A stretch of DNA of 25,394 bases, from IMG/VR virus record IMGVR_UViG_3300037470_000149, positions 1-25,394 of that record; one strand, 5' to 3'. Numbering within the stretch: position 1 is the stretch's first letter; each line of letters opens with the position of its first letter. The notes beneath the pieces were generated by a model. The model saw only the letters and a program-made list of their open reading frames with translations. It was not told the DNA's origin and ran no database searches. Shown here piece after piece: positions 24,693 through 25,394 of the stretch. The translations under genes were made by a program, and so were the position numbers. The stretch comes from a virus. Lineage: Duplodnaviria > Caudoviricetes.

Positions 24693-25214
24693 ATGCCCAC
24701 CACGCCCGAATCTTACGGCCGCCCGCCAGCCCCGCGCCGGCCCGCACAAGCCCCGTTCAACCAGGCCGGCACCGGCTCAGCGCCGCGCCCGCTTGCGCCG
24801 GTCGGAATGCCGCAGCAGGCACAGCAGGGCCTCGACCAGGCCCGCCAGAGCCCCGGCTTTGCCAATATGCCTTCGATGCCGCCGGGGATGCCTTTCGGCG
24901 GCCAGCGGCCCATGCCAGCCGGCCCGATGCCAATGATGCCGCCTTCCGGTGGACCGCCCAGCGCGTTCCCCGGCCAGGCTAACGGCGGTCAGTTCCCCGG
25001 TCCGATGCCGTTCCCCGGCGGTGGCGGCCGTCCGCCGATGCCACAGATGCCGCCCCAGCACTCACAGCCGATGCCTATGCCGCAGATGCAACCGCAAGCA
25101 TTCCAGGGTGGCGGCGGACCCGACCCTCGGGCTCGCGCCATGGAGCGTATGCAGGGCCTCAACCTGCCGCCAGAAATGCTCCAGCGCATCATGGCATCCA
25201 TGGGAGGCCGGTAA
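24693..25214 (+). CDS. Pro/Gly/Met/Gln-rich low-complexity protein (173 aa)
   Basis: SD AAAGGA before ATG 24693; TAATG overlap with the next gene. Confidence 0.7.
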   Translation: MPTTPESYGRPPAPRRPAQAPFNQAGTGSAPRPLAPVGMPQQAQQGLDQARQSPGFANMPSMPPGMPFGGQRPMPAGPMPMMPPSGGPPSAFPGQANGGQFPGPMPFPGGGGRPPMPQMPPQHSQPMPMPQMQPQAFQGGGGPDPRARAMERMQGLNLPPEMLQRIMASMGGR

Positions 25215-25394
25215 TGGCTCAGGACGACCGCACGCCGCGCGAGCTGGAGATGCTTGCGCGGCGGCAGGCCACATCTGGTTCGAGTCCGCAGCCACCGTCA
25301 CCGCAGCGTCTAGCTGAGCTAATCCAGACGCCGCAGCCGGCGCCGCCACCGCAACCCGACCCATCCCCCCCGACGCCATCACCGGCGCAGTGGC
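25214..25394 (+). CDS. Partial Pro-rich protein (MAQDDRTPRELEMLARRQ...), continues beyond the window
   Basis: SD GGAGG, TAATG coupling, frame open to the window end. Confidence 0.6.
   Translation, partial: MAQDDRTPRELEMLARRQATSGSSPQPPSPQRLAELIQTPQPAPPPQPDPSPPTPSPAQW

Noticed and set aside
25277-25287. GGTTCGAGTCC, resembling a tRNA T-loop
   Set aside because: No full T stem, acceptor stem or D arm can be formed, and it lies inside an open reading frame.
1-25394. CRISPR array, rRNA genes or a lysis cassette
   Set aside because: No regularly spaced repeats or rRNA-like sequence were seen. The only muralytic domain is inside a virion protein, and no stand-alone endolysin was recognised.

Overview
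GC-rich tailed-phage or prophage DNA, probably from an alphaproteobacterial host. The window holds most of a podovirus-like late (morphogenesis) region on the + strand. In order: putative late activator/antiterminator, candidate late promoter and terminator, terS, terL, an RcGTA-like head-spike base and fibre pair, a fibre-like protein, portal, scaffold, major capsid protein, putative decoration protein, adaptor, nozzle, a GNAT protein and three ejection/internal virion proteins (one with a peptidase S74-type domain, one with a lytic transglycosylase domain). Three things stand out. (1) The major capsid gene is split by a 734-nt group I intron (13065-13798) carrying a GIY-YIG homing endonuclease in loop L8. 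(2) Both ends of terL are interrupted by antisense moron cassettes, each bounded by a perfect direct repeat (14 bp and 21 bp); removing either cassette in silico restores an overlapping, translationally coupled gene junction. (3) Five antisense units, each with a sigma70-like promoter, oppose the + strand genes, and two have operator-like palindromes in the promoter spacer. All family assignments come from motif recognition and gene order; no database searches were run.
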